Shown: positions 20,267 through 29,884, counted from the first letter of the whole stretch. The stretch: 63,162 bases of DNA, filler included, from 6 parts of 6 records of this genome joined end to end with filler, not necessarily neighbours in it; one strand, 5' to 3'. Numbers and translations: made by a program. The notes: a model not told the origin generated them from the letters alone.

Positions 20267-21293
20267 TATATTAGTTACAGGCTGCGCAGGTTTTATAGGC
20301 AGCAATTTTGTACCGTACTTTCTGGAAAAATATCCGGAATATAACCTTGTAAATCTTGATCTGGTAACTTACGCTGCAGATCAGGAAAATCTGAAAGAGG
20401 TAGATGAGAATCCACGATACAAATTCATCAGGGGAGATATATGCAATCGGGATCTGGTGGAATTTATATTCAAAGAATATGACATAAAAGGTGTCATCCA
20501 CTTTGCAGCGGAGTCTCATGTTGATAATTCGATAAAATATCCTGATATCTTCATCAAAACTAATATCAATGGAACACATACACTTATTGACGTTGCTTAC
20601 AAGTACTGGATGGAAAAACCATTCGTTTACAAAAAACAATTTTCATATCTTATCCCCCGTTTTCATCATATCTCGACTGATGAAGTATATGGTACATTGG
20701 GTGAAACCGGGCTCTTTACCGAAAAGACACCATATGCTCCTAATTCACCATATAGTGCCAGTAAGGCAGGCAGCGATATGATAGTAAGGAGTTATCATCA
20801 CACCTACGGGATGAATACCGTAATAACTAATTGTTCCAACAACTACGGCCCAAAACAGCATGATGAAAAACTCATTCCCACCATTATACGCAATGCTCTT
20901 CAGGGAGAAAATATCCCGATTTACGGTGATGGAAAAAATGTACGGGACTGGCTGTATGTGCTTGATCATTGTAAAGCAATAGATCTTGTATACCACAAAG
21001 GGAAAGTCGCAGAGACATATAATATCGGCGGAAAGAACGAAAGAGAAAATATCTACATAGCTAACAAGATATGCCAGATACTGGATGAAATAGTACCCAG
21101 ATCACAAGGTAGCTATAAGGACCAGATAGCCTATGTGACAGACAGAGCCGGCCATGATCGAAGATATGCAATCGATGCAAACAAGATCGAAACAGAGCTT
21201 GGCTGGATAGCAGATGAGAATTTTGAAAGTGGTATTATGAAAACTGTGAGTTGGTATGTGAAAAAATATGAGACTTCGGTTAAAGGCCAATAA
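20256..21293 (+). CDS. rfbB: dTDP-glucose 4,6-dehydratase
   Basis: [39 protein letters not shown]. Confidence 0.96.
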   Translation: MNSNILVTGCAGFIGSNFVPYFLEKYPEYNLVNLDLVTYAADQENLKEVDENPRYKFIRGDICNRDLVEFIFKEYDIKGVIHFAAESHVDNSIKYPDIFIKTNINGTHTLIDVAYKYWMEKPFVYKKQFSYLIPRFHHISTDEVYGTLGETGLFTEKTPYAPNSPYSASKAGSDMIVRSYHHTYGMNTVITNCSNNYGPKQHDEKLIPTIIRNALQGENIPIYGDGKNVRDWLYVLDHCKAIDLVYHKGKVAETYNIGGKNERENIYIANKICQILDEIVPRSQGSYKDQIAYVTDRAGHDRRYAIDANKIETELGWIADENFESGIMKTVSWYVKKYETSVKGQ

Positions 21294-21789
21294 ACGATGT
21301 ATCGTACTGTCTATTTGAGAATTATTGCCAGTCCAGAACCCGCAAGAACCAGGTGTACTGACTAATCATAAAGCATGTTTTCTTAAAAAATAGTTTTTAG
21401 AGAGATAAATTTGAATGACAGGAATAACCTTTACATGATTGTCAAGGTTATGAACTCAGGTTTTGAATTATATCCTGTTACTTTATGTTACTACTTGTAG
21501 AACTAAAGACAAATGTTTTCCTCTCTATTTATAAGATAATAAAGATAATAACATATTTAAATAATGTCGCTAATATATAATAAATACGAAGAATATAGCT
21601 TAAAGGAACAACTCGCAGCTTGTGAGAGCATAGTTCACCAGGATTTATTCAGCAGATACTGCATTCGAATAAATAGAAGCATTTGTCGAGATCAGAATAC
21701 TTTCGAAGAAAATTATATCAATTTGTGAGTACTTTCTAATACATAAATTAGTTTTACTATATATCGACCGTCATGTAGTTGGTAAACAA

Positions 21790-21971
21790 ATGATAAACAT
21801 AACTAAGCCTTATTTGCCTGACAGAGAGAAACTGGACAGTTACATTGATGGGATATACGAAAGAGCCTGGCTTACTAATAATGGCCCTCTTGTCCAGGAG
21901 CTCACACATCGACTTGAAGAATATCTGGGCGTTGAAAATCTCCTGTTAGTCTCTAATGGAACATTGGCCTT
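21790..21971 (+). CDS. DegT/DnrJ/EryC1/StrS sugar aminotransferase (VioA-like), N-terminal fragment
   Basis: MINITKPYLP...WLTNNGPLV-EL...SNGTLA; truncated by spacer. Confidence 0.8.
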
Positions 21972-22071
21972 NNNNNNNNNNNNNNNNNNNNNNNNNNNNN
22001 NNNNNNNNNNNNNNNTTAATTAATTAANNNNNNNNNNNNNNNNNNNNNNNNNNNNNNNNNNNNNNNNNNNN
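21972..22071. other. Artificial contig spacer
   Basis: N-run with TTAATTAATTAA core. Confidence 0.98.
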
Positions 22072-22241
22072 GTATCCCAGAAAGACTACGATGCGCTGGT
22101 AGGCGTGATCTATGATGCAGAGCAGTATAACAAGAGCCTGCCCTACGACACCTCAAAGCCGGAAGCGGATATTGCACAGGTGAAACGGCTCATGGAAAAG
22201 ATGCTGAAGCAGTTATCAGCTCAGGACAGGAGAAAGAAATA

Positions 22242-22559
22242 GTGGACACCAAGAATGAAGAAGAATTGCCTGTGGCTTTTGTCTGGCATGAGATGATGGG
22301 CGTTGTTTACATTACGGATATGAACCGGAACGGAGAGGGTGTAACCTCTGTGAAGGCGGCTATCGATTTTGTGCTGGAGCAAGTCCTCCATGACATCGGA
22401 CATTTTCCGGGGAACCGAGCGCTCTACCGAGACGGGGAGAGACTGTACGATGGAATTCTCCTAAATGAGGATGGCACCTTTAAAGAGTTCATCCCCCTCA
22501 GGGAGGACTGTTTACAGGAGGCCATTATCAAGCTGAATACAAAATTGCAGTTCTACTGA
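22242..22559 (+). CDS. Phage hypothetical protein
   Basis: GTG start with AGGAG SD, coupled to neighbours. Confidence 0.65.
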   Translation: MDTKNEEELPVAFVWHEMMGVVYITDMNRNGEGVTSVKAAIDFVLEQVLHDIGHFPGNRALYRDGERLYDGILLNEDGTFKEFIPLREDCLQEAIIKLNTKLQFY

Positions 22560-22831
22560 TGGACACGAACGATCAGAAATACGAACAGCTCATGGAGCGC
22601 CTGAGGGCCCATGATATAGCGTTCCTATCGGGATACCGGAAGGTCTGTCTGGAGGGGAAAGAACTGACTACATACACCATGGTATTTGACAAGGGAGTGG
22701 ACCTGTTACTGGATAAGGAAGGCATGTTTTTCTGTCGCTCTGGTTTACGGAGTGAGAGCGGGCGGATCGTGATGATCTCTGAGCCGAGTGTAGATGCCGC
22801 TGTAGACTGCCTGCTGAAACTGGGGGTATAA
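22559..22831 (+). CDS. Phage hypothetical protein
   Basis: TGATG coupling with upstream ORF. Confidence 0.65.
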   Translation: MDTNDQKYEQLMERLRAHDIAFLSGYRKVCLEGKELTTYTMVFDKGVDLLLDKEGMFFCRSGLRSESGRIVMISEPSVDAAVDCLLKLGV

Positions 22832-22832
22832 A

Positions 22833-23018
22833 ATGAAAACGCATAATCTTGTGCATGAGAGTTCGGTGCACGTTTCCGCACAGGGGCTGGGTAATTACTT
22901 TTGGTGGGATCTCATCAATGAGTATGGAGAATGGGAAGTCTACTCTATCTTTGGGGAGTGGCACAAAACCTGCACCAGCTATGGTGAAGCATTGACCTAT
23001 ATAGGTTATAGCCAATAG
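22833..23018 (+). CDS. Phage hypothetical protein
   Basis: Starts 1 nt after previous stop. Confidence 0.55.
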   Translation: MKTHNLVHESSVHVSAQGLGNYFWWDLINEYGEWEVYSIFGEWHKTCTSYGEALTYIGYSQ

Positions 23019-23023
23019 CCACC

Positions 23024-23416
23024 CTATGCCACGGGCTGGTCTGACGGGCGCCCCGTCAGGTATTCATATGCACCGGTGAACCGGCATCCGTACCTTGCCT
23101 GCTCGAAGACATTCAGGTACTGCTCTTTTGAAATCTTGAGGAGCTTGGTCAGCATTCGAAGATCCATTAGCAGGATTCCCTCCGGGATCTCCAGAGTGGA
23201 TAGAACAGACTCACTGTCCCAGTGGCCGAGGTCTAAGCTTCGCATCTCCTGTAGAAAGGATAACCATTGCTCAAACCCAAAGCGTTGGGCCAGCAGGTTC
23301 AGTACGGTGGGGTATAGGATTTTGCCGTCCCAGCGCCCCGTGGTGGCCTGTGACAGCTCTTTGGCAATATGCCGTAAGAACTCCTCCACCTGGGTGGTTC
23401 TCAGATACTCAGACAT
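23024..23416 (-). CDS. Phage hypothetical protein, probably leaderless
   Basis: Minus-strand TTGTTA-17-TAGGCT lies 6 nt before the ATG. Confidence 0.6.
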   Translation of the reverse strand: MSEYLRTTQVEEFLRHIAKELSQATTGRWDGKILYPTVLNLLAQRFGFEQWLSFLQEMRSLDLGHWDSESVLSTLEIPEGILLMDLRMLTKLLKISKEQYLNVFEQARYGCRFTGAYEYLTGRPSDQPVA

Positions 23417-23499
23417 GGCCCAAGCCTACCATAAAGTGCACCGCTTAACAATCTGCCCGGATATCTCAAAAAACGTGTGTATGCATATACTCACGAATA

Positions 23500-23554
23500 A
23501 TAAAAAGCTACTCTCGCGTATAGTACAAAAAGGTACGACTTTACGCGAGAGTAG
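23500..23554 (-). terminator. Rho-independent terminator for the ParB-like gene
   Basis: 13-bp stem CTACTCTCGCGTA / TACGCGAGAGTAG with a T-run downstream on the minus strand. Confidence 0.65.
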
Positions 23555-23566
23555 TATTATGACTGA

Positions 23567-24478
23567 CTACTTTGACCAGAAACTATTCTGGCTTTCGTTT
23601 TTGAGGGTGATATTACTGGGGATTGGGTAAATTCCTTGAAGGAGGTGTCCACACTCTTCAAAGAATGCTTTTCTTGCTTCCTCGCAGTGCTTCTCAATTG
23701 AATATGGCCTCTTAAACGCTTTATTGAGGTCCCGTGAAGGATCAGTAATGGACCAGAACATTGCCAGTTGGTAGTCCCTATCTAATGACTTCTTAGCCAT
23801 CATTTCGCCAGAGATCCTACCATAAAAATCATTCCAGCCCTTTGAAAGACCGTAAGTATCGTTGTGGCATAATTTGCCAAACTCTGCGACATGATCATAT
23901 CCTTGAATCAGTCTGAGTAGGATGACTGCTCTGTTTAAAGCAACCCCAAAGTGTTTCCCTTTGTTTTTCACATGCTCAAATAAATAATCTAGATCATCTC
24001 TGTATACGTCTAAAAACCGCGCAACGACTGTCGCGTCATTACCTGTTGACCGCGTGGTTGAACATAAATTATTAAGTAGAGCAGTAATTGTTTCGACCTT
24101 TTTAGGCTTCTCCCCTAGTACAGTTGCGAGAGACCGCTTTCTACCGAGGTCTACAGGAATACCCATTGCAGTGAGCTCACCTCTATCATCCTTGGCTTCA
24201 AGGACATGAATAGGGAACTTTACAGGGATACCTGCTTTTACTACTGCGGACAGACGTGTCTGACCGTCTAGAAGGTTATTTGTATCGGATATGAGGATTG
24301 CATTTGAGCCTCCTCCTTTCCATTCCCCTCTTTTCATAATACTAGCGTACTGCGAAACTGTCTTGCGGCTTATGCTCCTATTCCCAATGTTTCGGGACAG
24401 TAAAGCCTTAGCTTCCTCAGGAGTGATTTCCTTAAACATCATATCAATGGGTTCTGCGTCTCTGTAAGTATTGGTCAT
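23567..24478 (-). CDS. ParB/Srx-like N-terminal domain protein
   Basis: ITPEEA--LL--N-GNR...YA--M--GEW...LLDGQTRL-AVV pattern; SD GGAGG. Confidence 0.7.
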   Translation of the reverse strand: MTNTYRDAEPIDMMFKEITPEEAKALLSRNIGNRSISRKTVSQYASIMKRGEWKGGGSNAILISDTNNLLDGQTRLSAVVKAGIPVKFPIHVLEAKDDRGELTAMGIPVDLGRKRSLATVLGEKPKKVETITALLNNLCSTTRSTGNDATVVARFLDVYRDDLDYLFEHVKNKGKHFGVALNRAVILLRLIQGYDHVAEFGKLCHNDTYGLSKGWNDFYGRISGEMMAKKSLDRDYQLAMFWSITDPSRDLNKAFKRPYSIEKHCEEARKAFFEECGHLLQGIYPIPSNITLKNESQNSFWSK

Positions 24479-24509
24479 AATTATGCCTCCAAATTGCGTA
24501 TACCCCTAT

Positions 24510-24539
24510 AAGTACGAATGGGGCATAATTATTAGAGAA
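24510..24539 (-). promoter_or_regulatory. Class II motif TTCTCTAA-N17-TACTT
   Basis: Minus strand TTCTCTAA taattatgccccattcg TACTT upstream of 24478. Confidence 0.7.
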
Positions 24540-24591
24540 AATAAATATAAAATATTATTATTTACCAAGAATGTATAAATAGTTTTCAGCC

Positions 24592-24631
24592 TTGACATAT
24601 AATGTATATATACGTTATATTACATTATATG
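24592..24631 (+). promoter_or_regulatory. sigma70-type promoter overlapped by an 11-bp inverted-repeat operator
   Basis: TTGACA 24592, TATATT 24616; CATATAATGTA (24596-24606) / TACATTATATG (24621-24631); ATG 24629 with no SD. Confidence 0.6.
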
Positions 24632-24844
24632 GGATACAAACAGAAACAGTTTTCACCGGGTAAAGAACTGGCTGGCAGAATTGCGAGAGCGTTCGAAGAT
24701 TCGGACTACGCTTCAGAGTCTGCCCTGATCAAACACTTGGTAGAGCTTGGGTTGGATAAATATGAGGCTCCGAACACAGATGAGTCGGATCTTGTTAAGC
24801 TGATTGATGAGCGTATTAAACTACATCAGGGAGGAGCATCATGA
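24629..24844 (+). CDS. Small ribbon-helix-helix/CopG-like DNA-binding protein
   Basis: KQKQFS strand then two helices with S-S-LI--LVELGL. Confidence 0.55.
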   Translation: MGYKQKQFSPGKELAGRIARAFEDSDYASESALIKHLVELGLDKYEAPNTDESDLVKLIDERIKLHQGGAS

Positions 24845-25092
24845 GTATTGGGAGTAGCCACAAAACGAGAGATGCAATTATTAAGAAACTCAATGTACAA
24901 GAGGCAGTTGAAGGAAAGACGGCTGACTTGGCAATGTTACGGAAATTCTTAGATGTCATTACTACATCCCGCCAGTGGGATGCCTTTACCAGAGTGAAAC
25001 ATCATCGCTATGGTAAGATGTCCTATGAAACTTTTATCTTCTACTACCCGAGCCCTGAGTTAATCCAACTGATGGAACCTGCACATGCCTGA
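24841..25092 (+). CDS. Phage hypothetical protein
   Basis: GGAGG SD, ATGA overlap with upstream ORF. Confidence 0.7.
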   Translation: MSIGSSHKTRDAIIKKLNVQEAVEGKTADLAMLRKFLDVITTSRQWDAFTRVKHHRYGKMSYETFIFYYPSPELIQLMEPAHA

Positions 25093-26071
25093 TGTAGCGA
25101 ACGACATAGGCATGATAATTCTGACTGAGAAACAGCGAGCTCTACTTCAGTACCTCTGGAAGACCTGCCCTGAAGCGGGAGTATATTATCCAATTACTCC
25201 TTCGCGGATAGGGGCTGAGTTATTCGGCTATGACTTGGCCCGGTTGAACGGCCACCAGATTGCTGGTCGGTGTATCAGTGGGATACTAAACAAACTGGAA
25301 TCCCAAGGATGGATAGTAATCCGCCGCGAGAAACAAGGCATGCGTATTCGTGTCCGGAAGTATTCTACTGGTAAAGAGACAGAACTCGATACCGAGGGAC
25401 TGGTGTGCAGTTCCCTTCGTAAGTTTGAAGACGAACAAAAAGAGACAGAGGAGAAGATACTCCCAGAAATCAAAGCCTGCCTTGAAAGCGCACTGGAAAC
25501 TGGAGAGCTGGATTTTGGGGAGCACACGAGTTTGTTCCGCCCCCGAGGCTTCTGGGAATGGGATGATGCATTTTCCCTGTTCATGCTCCGGGATGGAGTG
25601 ATCAATGATTATGGACATGCACTTTGGTGCACAGAAGCCACTGAGTGTGTAAGGTCCTATGATGTTCCTATCGTGGCGGTGGGTTCCGGCCCGGCCTATG
25701 TAGAAGCCCTACTTGATAAGAGTGGGGTAGACATCATTGCCACAGACAAGCAACCCCATCTATGGGAACGACACCACCTCCCAGTGCAGGAACTAGACTC
25801 TGTGCAAGCTGTGCAAGCTGTGCAAAAGTATCCTGATCGTGCTCTCTTTTTTAGCTGGCCTGACTACTCCGCGACATGGGCATACGATGCGGTCATTCAT
25901 CTTCCCATTGGTGGTTTAATCTTCTATATTGGGGAGCCCGGCTACGGATGTACGGGAGATGAACAGTTTGTGGATTTCCTTACTGAGAACTGTGAACTTT
26001 TGCATGATATTAAGATCCCTCAACACCGTGGACTGCATGATAGATTTTTTGTATTCAAGAGGACCGCATGA
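25085..26071 (+). CDS. N-terminal wHTH-like domain fused to a class I methyltransferase-like domain
   Basis: VAVGSG-AY (motif I-like), IIATD, LFFSWP, YIGE--GCTGD, IPQH-GLHD. Confidence 0.55.
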   Translation: MPDVANDIGMIILTEKQRALLQYLWKTCPEAGVYYPITPSRIGAELFGYDLARLNGHQIAGRCISGILNKLESQGWIVIRREKQGMRIRVRKYSTGKETELDTEGLVCSSLRKFEDEQKETEEKILPEIKACLESALETGELDFGEHTSLFRPRGFWEWDDAFSLFMLRDGVINDYGHALWCTEATECVRSYDVPIVAVGSGPAYVEALLDKSGVDIIATDKQPHLWERHHLPVQELDSVQAVQAVQKYPDRALFFSWPDYSATWAYDAVIHLPIGGLIFYIGEPGYGCTGDEQFVDFLTENCELLHDIKIPQHRGLHDRFFVFKRTA

Positions 26072-26244
26072 CTGAGAAAGATATGTTCGAAAAGTCCTTC
26101 GAGCGCCCCGCTAACTACTTTCAGCTCACACCCGACAAACAATGGGCTATTGACAAGCGACTAGGAATATTGGACTGGAATGGAGAAAATATGACTCCTA
26201 ACGATAAAGCACGATTTGATGCCCACTACAAACTGAAGAGCTAG
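26068..26244 (+). CDS. Small phage hypothetical protein (58 aa, absent from ORF track)
   Basis: GAGGA SD, ATGA overlap; MTEKDMFEKSFERPANYF...LGILDW. Confidence 0.65.
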   Translation: MTEKDMFEKSFERPANYFQLTPDKQWAIDKRLGILDWNGENMTPNDKARFDAHYKLKS

Positions 26245-26339
26245 GTATAAGTGAGATTGAAGAACTGTCGAAATAAAAGATGCCCCTCATTACCCTAATG
26301 GCAGAACTGAAAGACTGATAATAAAGATCTCACTATCTT

Positions 26340-26393
26340 TTATCGCGTTTCACGATAATTCTATTGACACTCAATATCGCAATATGCGATATT
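26340..26393 (+). promoter_or_regulatory. Promoter with two related palindromic operators ahead of higA
   Basis: TTATCGCG-TTT-CACGATAA (26340-26358), TTGACA (26364), AATATCGCA-ATA-TGCGATATT (26373-26393). Confidence 0.7.
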
Positions 26394-26399
26394 TCGAGC

Positions 26400-26798
26400 A
26401 TGAACATTACGGATACCCAAGTCGGGGTCTTTCTGAAGACTCTGGAGATTAACACAGAGGCCGATTATAAAGCCCGGTTGGCTTACATCGAAGATTTAAT
26501 GGGCCGGTTCAACTCCGGGGAGCGGGATCTCGCTTCAGTACTGGACTACGTAGCAAAAGTGGTGCAGGCCTATGAGGAGCTCCACTATCCCATGGAGAAA
26601 TCTGCCCCTGAAGTCATACTGAGGAATCTTATGGAGTCCCATGGTCACACTCAAAGAGATCTAAGAGAGATTGCGACTCAGTCAGTTATCAGTGATCTAC
26701 TTACTGGAAAACGGACCATGAACCTGAGGCATATCAAGAAGCTGTCCAAGTTCTATGGTGTATCACCTGAATTTTTTATTTCGGAGGACAAGGAATGA
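26400..26798 (+). CDS. higA: HigA-family antitoxin/HTH regulator with no adjacent toxin
   Basis: E-DY---L--IE-LM...AYE--HYP...LM--HG-TQ-DL-EI--QSVIS-LL-GKR-MN--HI-KL--FY-VSPE-F. Confidence 0.78.
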   Translation: MNITDTQVGVFLKTLEINTEADYKARLAYIEDLMGRFNSGERDLASVLDYVAKVVQAYEELHYPMEKSAPEVILRNLMESHGHTQRDLREIATQSVISDLLTGKRTMNLRHIKKLSKFYGVSPEFFISEDKE

Positions 26799-26983
26799 GC
26801 TCAGAAGACTGGATCGATGTTGAAATGGCACTTGATAAGCTGTTTGACCGCAGGGTGAAACTGCTTGACGGCTGGCACAGGGTAAGGGCGATGCTGAACG
26901 CGAAGATGGAGCTGACAAAAGAATCTTTTGAAATTGTTGAAGAAGGAGAGGTAACGACTATCTCCCTGAAGAGTACCCTGTAA
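26795..26983 (+). CDS. Phage hypothetical protein
   Basis: GGAGG SD, ATGA overlap. Confidence 0.6.
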   Translation: MSSEDWIDVEMALDKLFDRRVKLLDGWHRVRAMLNAKMELTKESFEIVEEGEVTTISLKSTL

Positions 26984-26984
26984 G

Positions 26985-27524
26985 ATGCACTGCATAAAGT
27001 GCAAAAATCCTATCAACGATATGGTCATTAAGGGCATGTGCTTGAGCTGTGTCCGCGAAATGTTGGATAGATATTCTGACATGGAAACCACGCTTGTGAA
27101 GGCACAAGAAGAACTGTCACAGGTAAGAGCACACCAAGAAGTACTCATGGGTGATCTGCGACGGCTCTCCCGTAAGCTACAAGAGGCTCACCCTACCATG
27201 GTTGCGACAGAGCCATACCGGATGACCCCCGAGAAGTATGCGGCGGTTGTGGCCCGGCTAGGGCAGGATACAGACGCCAGTATCGCTGATGAGTTTTCCA
27301 TCCGTTATAACACAGTACGCGATATGCGGCAAAGGTACAATATTCCTGCATACGACCCCTTTCGCGACCTATGGCCGGAAGTAGATAAGTTCATTTTCAA
27401 CTTGTCCCTGCGGGCTTTGGAGTCCAAGTATGGGATTGGTCGAGGAAGGTTGGCAGGTCGGCGTAAGAAGCTACTTGAGATGAAGGAGAAATTAAAAATC
27501 GATGCTACTGCAAATAACGAATAA
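26985..27524 (+). CDS. Hypothetical protein: N-terminal CxxC...CxxC, coiled coil, possible HTH
   Basis: HCIKC...MCLSC; D-SIA--F-I-Y-TV--MR. Confidence 0.65.
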   Translation: MHCIKCKNPINDMVIKGMCLSCVREMLDRYSDMETTLVKAQEELSQVRAHQEVLMGDLRRLSRKLQEAHPTMVATEPYRMTPEKYAAVVARLGQDTDASIADEFSIRYNTVRDMRQRYNIPAYDPFRDLWPEVDKFIFNLSLRALESKYGIGRGRLAGRRKKLLEMKEKLKIDATANNE

Positions 27525-28251
27525 ATGCACCATGGAGTGTTCCCACTGTATGGTGGAGTGTACGGCCAAGGGAGACAAGATGATGAGCATGGAGACACTG
27601 GACCTCATTCTGGATAGTGGGACCTTCTCCACCTCCATAGGGATCTTGGTCTCTGGAGGGGAACCTACTGAACATCCGGAGTTCTTTTCGATTGTCCAAC
27701 GGATCTTGGATCGGCGCTCAGGTCTCCAGATGGTCTACATCCTTTCGAATGGGCTGTGGGCTCATAGTGAACACATGACACAGCAAATGCTTCAGATAGT
27801 AGATCAGAACGAGTTTGTAACCATACAGATCACACATGACCCCCGTTTTTACCCACTCCCTATAAGACGGCTTGAGCACTCGAAGATTACCTATATAGAC
27901 GAACTTAGATTGCTGGTGCCCCTCGGGCGGGCATATGGAGAGAATCCTGAGGACTACGGCCTGCGAGCGCGTATTGCTCCGCAGTGCTATAACCAGCGAA
28001 GCTTCATGCACACAAAGAAGGATTCATCTGTAATCGACTTGAATAGCTTCATGGAAGTGGAAAGGCTCAAGCATTGTACTCTCGGATTTGACTGGGATGG
28101 AAATATGCTCCTGAGTGAGTGCTGTCGGCTTAAAGCGGGAAATATTCGTGATGAGAACCTGATAGAAAAAGCCGCAGAACTTCTGCGTACAAAACCCTGT
28201 AACCACTGTGGGTTATATGCTAAAATGCCCGAAGAGTTGAGGATTTTTTAG
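27502..28251 (+). CDS. Radical SAM protein
   Basis: CTMECSHC, SGGEPTEHP, SNG; extra C-terminal Cys (SPASM/twitch-like). Confidence 0.85.
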   Translation: MLLQITNKCTMECSHCMVECTAKGDKMMSMETLDLILDSGTFSTSIGILVSGGEPTEHPEFFSIVQRILDRRSGLQMVYILSNGLWAHSEHMTQQMLQIVDQNEFVTIQITHDPRFYPLPIRRLEHSKITYIDELRLLVPLGRAYGENPEDYGLRARIAPQCYNQRSFMHTKKDSSVIDLNSFMEVERLKHCTLGFDWDGNMLLSECCRLKAGNIRDENLIEKAAELLRTKPCNHCGLYAKMPEELRIF

Positions 28252-28253
28252 TT

Positions 28254-28730
28254 ATGGCAACATTTAAAGAACACGGTAATGGACAGTATACGGTAGCTTG
28301 GTTTGATGATATGGATTTCCCTCAGTCGAAAACTTTTGAGGGGGAGAGGGCACGCACATTTGCGCATCGTCTTCACAAGGAGATGTGCGACAAGTACCCA
28401 CATTCACAGGACGAGAAACTACCTATAATCCACCCAAAAAAAGTGACCCCGAATCAGGTTATAAAACCTATTCCAAAGAGGAATATGCCAGCGATGAATC
28501 CCAAGGATTCATCGAAGTTCACAGTAGAAGTTCATTATGATGAGAATGGGAAGAAAATGAAAAAGCCGAAAGTACTTTCCTTCTCGGCCAAGGTCTACGG
28601 AAAAAGAGATGCAGAGATTATGGCAAACATGATAAAAACCATGTATGATGAGCTTCTCGAAACAGAAGATATGTGGGAATTCTGGGAGGAGTACTCCAAC
28701 CTCTGTAAAAGAATCGGAAAGGAGATGTAA
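28254..28730 (+). CDS. AP2-like DNA-binding protein (paralogue A)
   Basis: FS-KVYG---A---A AP2-like motif; aligns by eye with 39092-39553. Confidence 0.55.
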   Translation: MATFKEHGNGQYTVAWFDDMDFPQSKTFEGERARTFAHRLHKEMCDKYPHSQDEKLPIIHPKKVTPNQVIKPIPKRNMPAMNPKDSSKFTVEVHYDENGKKMKKPKVLSFSAKVYGKRDAEIMANMIKTMYDELLETEDMWEFWEEYSNLCKRIGKEM

Positions 28731-28733
28731 GGA

Positions 28734-29075
28734 TTGGACGATTACTGTAAGTCTATTTCAAAGGCGGCACGGGGCTTCAGATGTTTGAGCTGGATTAATA
28801 TCACGCTAATTGTATATATCTGTATTTATGGAGTATTAAACTTTATCGAAAATGGAGAAATAACACCTATAACCCTCTCCTCGTTTACGAACATTATACT
28901 CAATGCTGTATGCTTTTTGTTTGCACGTCAATCCGCCATAAAAGCCTTATCAGACGGGGAATACCATAAGGTGAGAATGGAAACCCATCAGCGTCTGGAT
29001 TCCTACTACGAGTCTATGGTCTGTGAGAGAGAGCCAACAGTCGCTGTTCCTGTAGAGGGAACCGTTGTCGATTAA
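28734..29075 (+). CDS. Phage membrane protein
   Basis: Two hydrophobic segments; TTG start. Confidence 0.55.
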   Translation: MDDYCKSISKAARGFRCLSWINITLIVYICIYGVLNFIENGEITPITLSSFTNIILNAVCFLFARQSAIKALSDGEYHKVRMETHQRLDSYYESMVCEREPTVAVPVEGTVVD

Positions 29076-29316
29076 CAAACCGGTCCGGCAGTTCCGCCAG
29101 CATCGCGGTGGTCTGCGGGAGTCCATGGAGACTGTATGTACCGTCACTTCTTTGGATGATATCTACAAGCTCATGGAGCTGGAGAAGTGGGGAATTGAAA
29201 ACTGGCTCCAGATAAAACACTACACTTATGATGCCCGGACCAACTGGGACACATGGATGGTGACTTGCGAGGGCTACGGAGTCCTTGGGTTCACCGATGG
29301 CCCCCTTGACTTATGA
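29065..29316 (+). CDS. Phage hypothetical protein
   Basis: FRQHRGGLRESMETV...YDARTNWDT...GFTDGP. Confidence 0.6.
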   Translation: MSINKPVRQFRQHRGGLRESMETVCTVTSLDDIYKLMELEKWGIENWLQIKHYTYDARTNWDTWMVTCEGYGVLGFTDGPLDL

Positions 29317-29353
29317 AATGCACCAGTGCAGTTACTGGTGCATTTTTTTTTGC

Positions 29354-29836
29354 TCATCTGATTTTGATGATATTCGTTCTGTTGTAGTCCGGATTCATTC
29401 CGGTACTCCTTCCATTCACCAAGATATGATTGTAATCGATTCCGTTCCTCTCTCGGGAATACTCCCGCAAAGCCCGCGCCAAGATTGATACATTGTGTAT
29501 ACCCAGATCGAGGGCCTTCATGTGGTGTGACTTTTTACACCTTCCGCCTTTCTTGTACTCCCGGTAATCTTCGGCTACCCTGTGCTTTCTGTACGGAAGC
29601 TTATGCTTGGTGATGAGCCGCTCATTGCAGTTAATGTGCACCTCAATCCCAAACTTCCCACACCACCTGAACTCAAAAGGCGTGAAGTAAGCCTCCAGTA
29701 TCCGGTCTCCCTTGTATTCCAGTACAGCCAGATGCTCTTCAAAAGAGTCCCCATCGGCATACTCCCCCTGTCTGGCTACTCCTACAATATGGAAGTTCAG
29801 AATCATATCTTTCACACTTATTGTTTTTGGTATCAT
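29354..29836 (-). CDS. Phage hypothetical protein, leaderless class III start
   Basis: GACTAT-GAGAGC-ATG directly upstream. Confidence 0.65.
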   Translation of the reverse strand: MIPKTISVKDMILNFHIVGVARQGEYADGDSFEEHLAVLEYKGDRILEAYFTPFEFRWCGKFGIEVHINCNERLITKHKLPYRKHRVAEDYREYKKGGRCKKSHHMKALDLGIHNVSILARALREYSRERNGIDYNHILVNGRSTGMNPDYNRTNIIKIR

Positions 29837-29884
29837 GCTCTCATAGTCTGCGGGTCAGCCGGGAGGGATTTCTGATGACTAATC

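Noticed and set aside
23463-23492. Possible fifth class II motif (ATCTCAAA-N17-TACTC) on the + strand
   Set aside because: Three mismatches and no sense gene downstream; could drive an antisense RNA but unsupported
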